The notes under the pieces: model-generated | What the model was told of the DNA's origin: nothing | Databases searched by the model: none | The model's input: the letters and a program-made list of their open reading frames with translations, nothing else | Position numbers and translations under genes: made by a program | Shown here: positions 39,601 to 42,600 of the stretch, piece after piece | Position numbering within the stretch: the first letter of the stretch is position 1 | How the letters are laid out: each line of letters opens with the position of its first letter | Assembly (NCBI GenBank): GCA_003697105.1 | Contig: RFFQ01000168.1 | Span: forward strand, 1 to 46,247 | DNA from: Gemmatimonadota bacterium | Lineage (GTDB): Bacteria > 4572-55 > J002 | Direction: 5' to 3' | Length of the DNA stretch: 46,247 bases

Positions 39601-42600
39601 TGGTACCTAAAGCGGATAATTTCGGGGTCCAACTACGAGGTAAAATCGCAATGTGATCTCCATCAACCGTCTCAATCCGCAAGCGGACACTATCGGCATC
39701 ACTGGTCAATCCGTAGGAGAATCGAATATCATCCACCACCCGGTCACCGTTGGGAGAAAAGACCGGTGAAACCGCCGTGATCACTTGAAAATCTTGTAAT
39801 GCCAGATTGGACAGACTGACAGTATCGATTGCCGACGGTACAGATTCATTGCCCACATCATCAATCGTCGTTGCATAAATTAAGCAGGTATCGGCAAAAC
39901 CAATAGGGACTCCGGTGACGGTCCACTGCCCATTTTCATCCACGGTACCTTCATTATCGACTTGTACGGTATCAAAGAGTGCCCCATCGAGCCGGTAGGC
40001 AACATAGACCCGCACATTATTGGTGCGTCCTCCGGCAGAGGGGTCGGCGCTTCCGGAGACGTCGATGGGGGTAAAGGTCGGGAATCGCGGAATATCTTCC
40101 AATAAGGGGGGGGCAGGAGGGCGATTGTCGGCTTCGACAATAATATTGGCACTTGCCGTGAGTGGTGTTCCACTGCCCACTTGCTTTTCGGCACTGACCA
40201 CGATCCGGTAATAAGTCAATTCATTTTGTGCCGTCAACACATAGGCGGAATCCCATGTCACCGTCTGCAAAATACCGCCTGCCATTAATTGGTTGGTGAT
40301 AATGGTATCGGTATTCGCTGGAGTCGGTGAGAAAAAGTCGGAAGCAACAATCGTCACCCGAGCAGAATCAGAAAGGGTAAACGAAATCGCGATGTTATCC
40401 TTAAAATTATCACCGACTTTTTGCCCTCCGGATTCATAACCTGGGGAAAACGGGTTCGGAGCGCCTACTAACCCGGAGATACTTAATTCCGATAAAATGA
40501 TAGAATCTGGAGCAACACTGCGGTTTTGCACTTCATCTGTTGCCACCACAAATACGTAATTTAAACCTAAATTCAGTTGGACACTGGGAACAGAAAATTG
40601 CCCGGTGATGGCGTCTGTCGTCACTGGACCAAAACGGGTTTGGTTGCCATCGGTGAGATCATCCAAGACGGGATCATCATCCACATAAACAAAAATTTCG
40701 GCATTGGGGTCACTCGCCCCGTTAACAGTGAGGGGGGTTTGGCTAGTAACCGAGGGTAAACTTCCTACGGTCAAGGTGGGTGCCGTATTATCCACTACGA
40801 CGGTTTGTGTACTCGAACCCCGTTGGCCCAGGTCGTTAATTGCTGAGATGCGAATAATATAAACCCCATCATCGGCAAACGTACCCAAACGAGTACGCCC
40901 ATCCCAGAAAGGCGTTTGATTGATAACCGGCTCAAAAGCGGCAAACACGCTATCGCCATTATCATTGACAATAGTTGCTAACGTATCACCGAATAAGGTC
41001 AACACATGCACCCGCACGGAGCAGTTTTGGGAAACATTGAAGGAAACCGAAACCTGATCAAATAGCCCGTTTGTATCGGCTGGGGATATCACTTCCGGTC
41101 GAACAACGGCATTGGTAATATTCATCGAACCCAACACAATCGTAAACGGTGCAGACGGGTCGGACAGATTACGAACATCATCAATCGCTTCGGCAAAAAG
41201 GTAATACGTATCGCTGACAGTACCGAGCTCCACATTGGGAACGGTGTATTCACCCGTACTGGCATTGGCGGTTGCTTCTCCACGAAACACCGCGGGAGTA
41301 ATATCACCGGCATCATTAAAATTCGGGTCATCATCCACATAAACACGAACCGTTACGCCGGCTTCTGCCGTTCCTTCCACCGTGATAGGCGAAGCCGTCA
41401 CCAACGTGTCATTTAGTGCAATGAGCGGAGGTTGTGGAGCTTCATCATCCGCAATAATAAAGCCTTGGGCAACAGCGACCGCATTATTGGCATCACGGGC
41501 AGAAATTTCGTAGCGATACACGCTAACGGTACTATCTGTACCTAATACGCCATCAGCATTATCTCGCCCATCCCACTCAATCTCATAAGTAATCCCCTGA
41601 AACTGTTGGATAAAATCCCCCGGAGTTGTTTCCGGATAGTACCAAACAAGGGAATCCGTACCTGCTTTATAAATTTGAACATTGACTCGCGCATTCTGAG
41701 ATAAGCTATACGTAATCCGGGTATCATCTAATCGTCCGGCGCTACTGGGGTTATTTGGGCTAAACGGATTCGGAGTAACCCGCGCATTTTGAATATTGAG
41801 AGAACTAAGTGCCACTTGTGTCCGGCTGCCGACGGTTCCACCATTGGGAACAGAGGCATTATCCACCTCATCCACCGCCACCGCAAAAATATAGTTGATG
41901 CCTTCATATAAAAGGGTCACAGAGGCGTCAAAACGGGTATTTTCAAGCGTGGTAGCGGGGGTGGTTGCAACCAATTCGGCAGGCGTCAAATCACCCAGGT
42001 CATTCGGATAGGTAAACAGGGAATCATTATCCACATACAGCCGTACGATAACATTTTCATCAGCTTGCCCTTCAACCGTGATCGGATTTTCATCAGTGGG
42101 TGAGGAGGGTTGGAACAGCGTCGGCTCGGTAGGAGGTTCATTATCCGATATCAGCAAAGTGGGTACAATCGCCCGAATTTGCGGGTTTGCTGGTGGATTA
42201 TTGATGTCAAAACTCTGTTCATCTTCGGCATAAAATTCGACCTCAAATAATTGAATACCGGTTGTGTCCAACGGGCTGGTGATATTTGGGTTCAACCCGC
42301 CGGCATAGAGCGAGTCATAGGGTGTCCACCGGTCAAACAGGGTAGTTCCACCGGAACGCCGGTTCCAATAAATGGAATCCACCACCACCGCAGGAGTCAC
42401 CTGCGTATCCACAAATTTAATCATTACGTACGCATTTTGGGAGAGTTCGTAACGGATGGTGGCGGTTTCATAACGACCGTCACCATTGGGGCTAAACGTG
42501 GTGGGGGTCACTGATGGGTTTTGAATATTCAAATTGCTGACAATCACGGTATCAATCGCCGAAACAGGGGAGGTATTAAAAACCTGATCAACGGCCGTCG

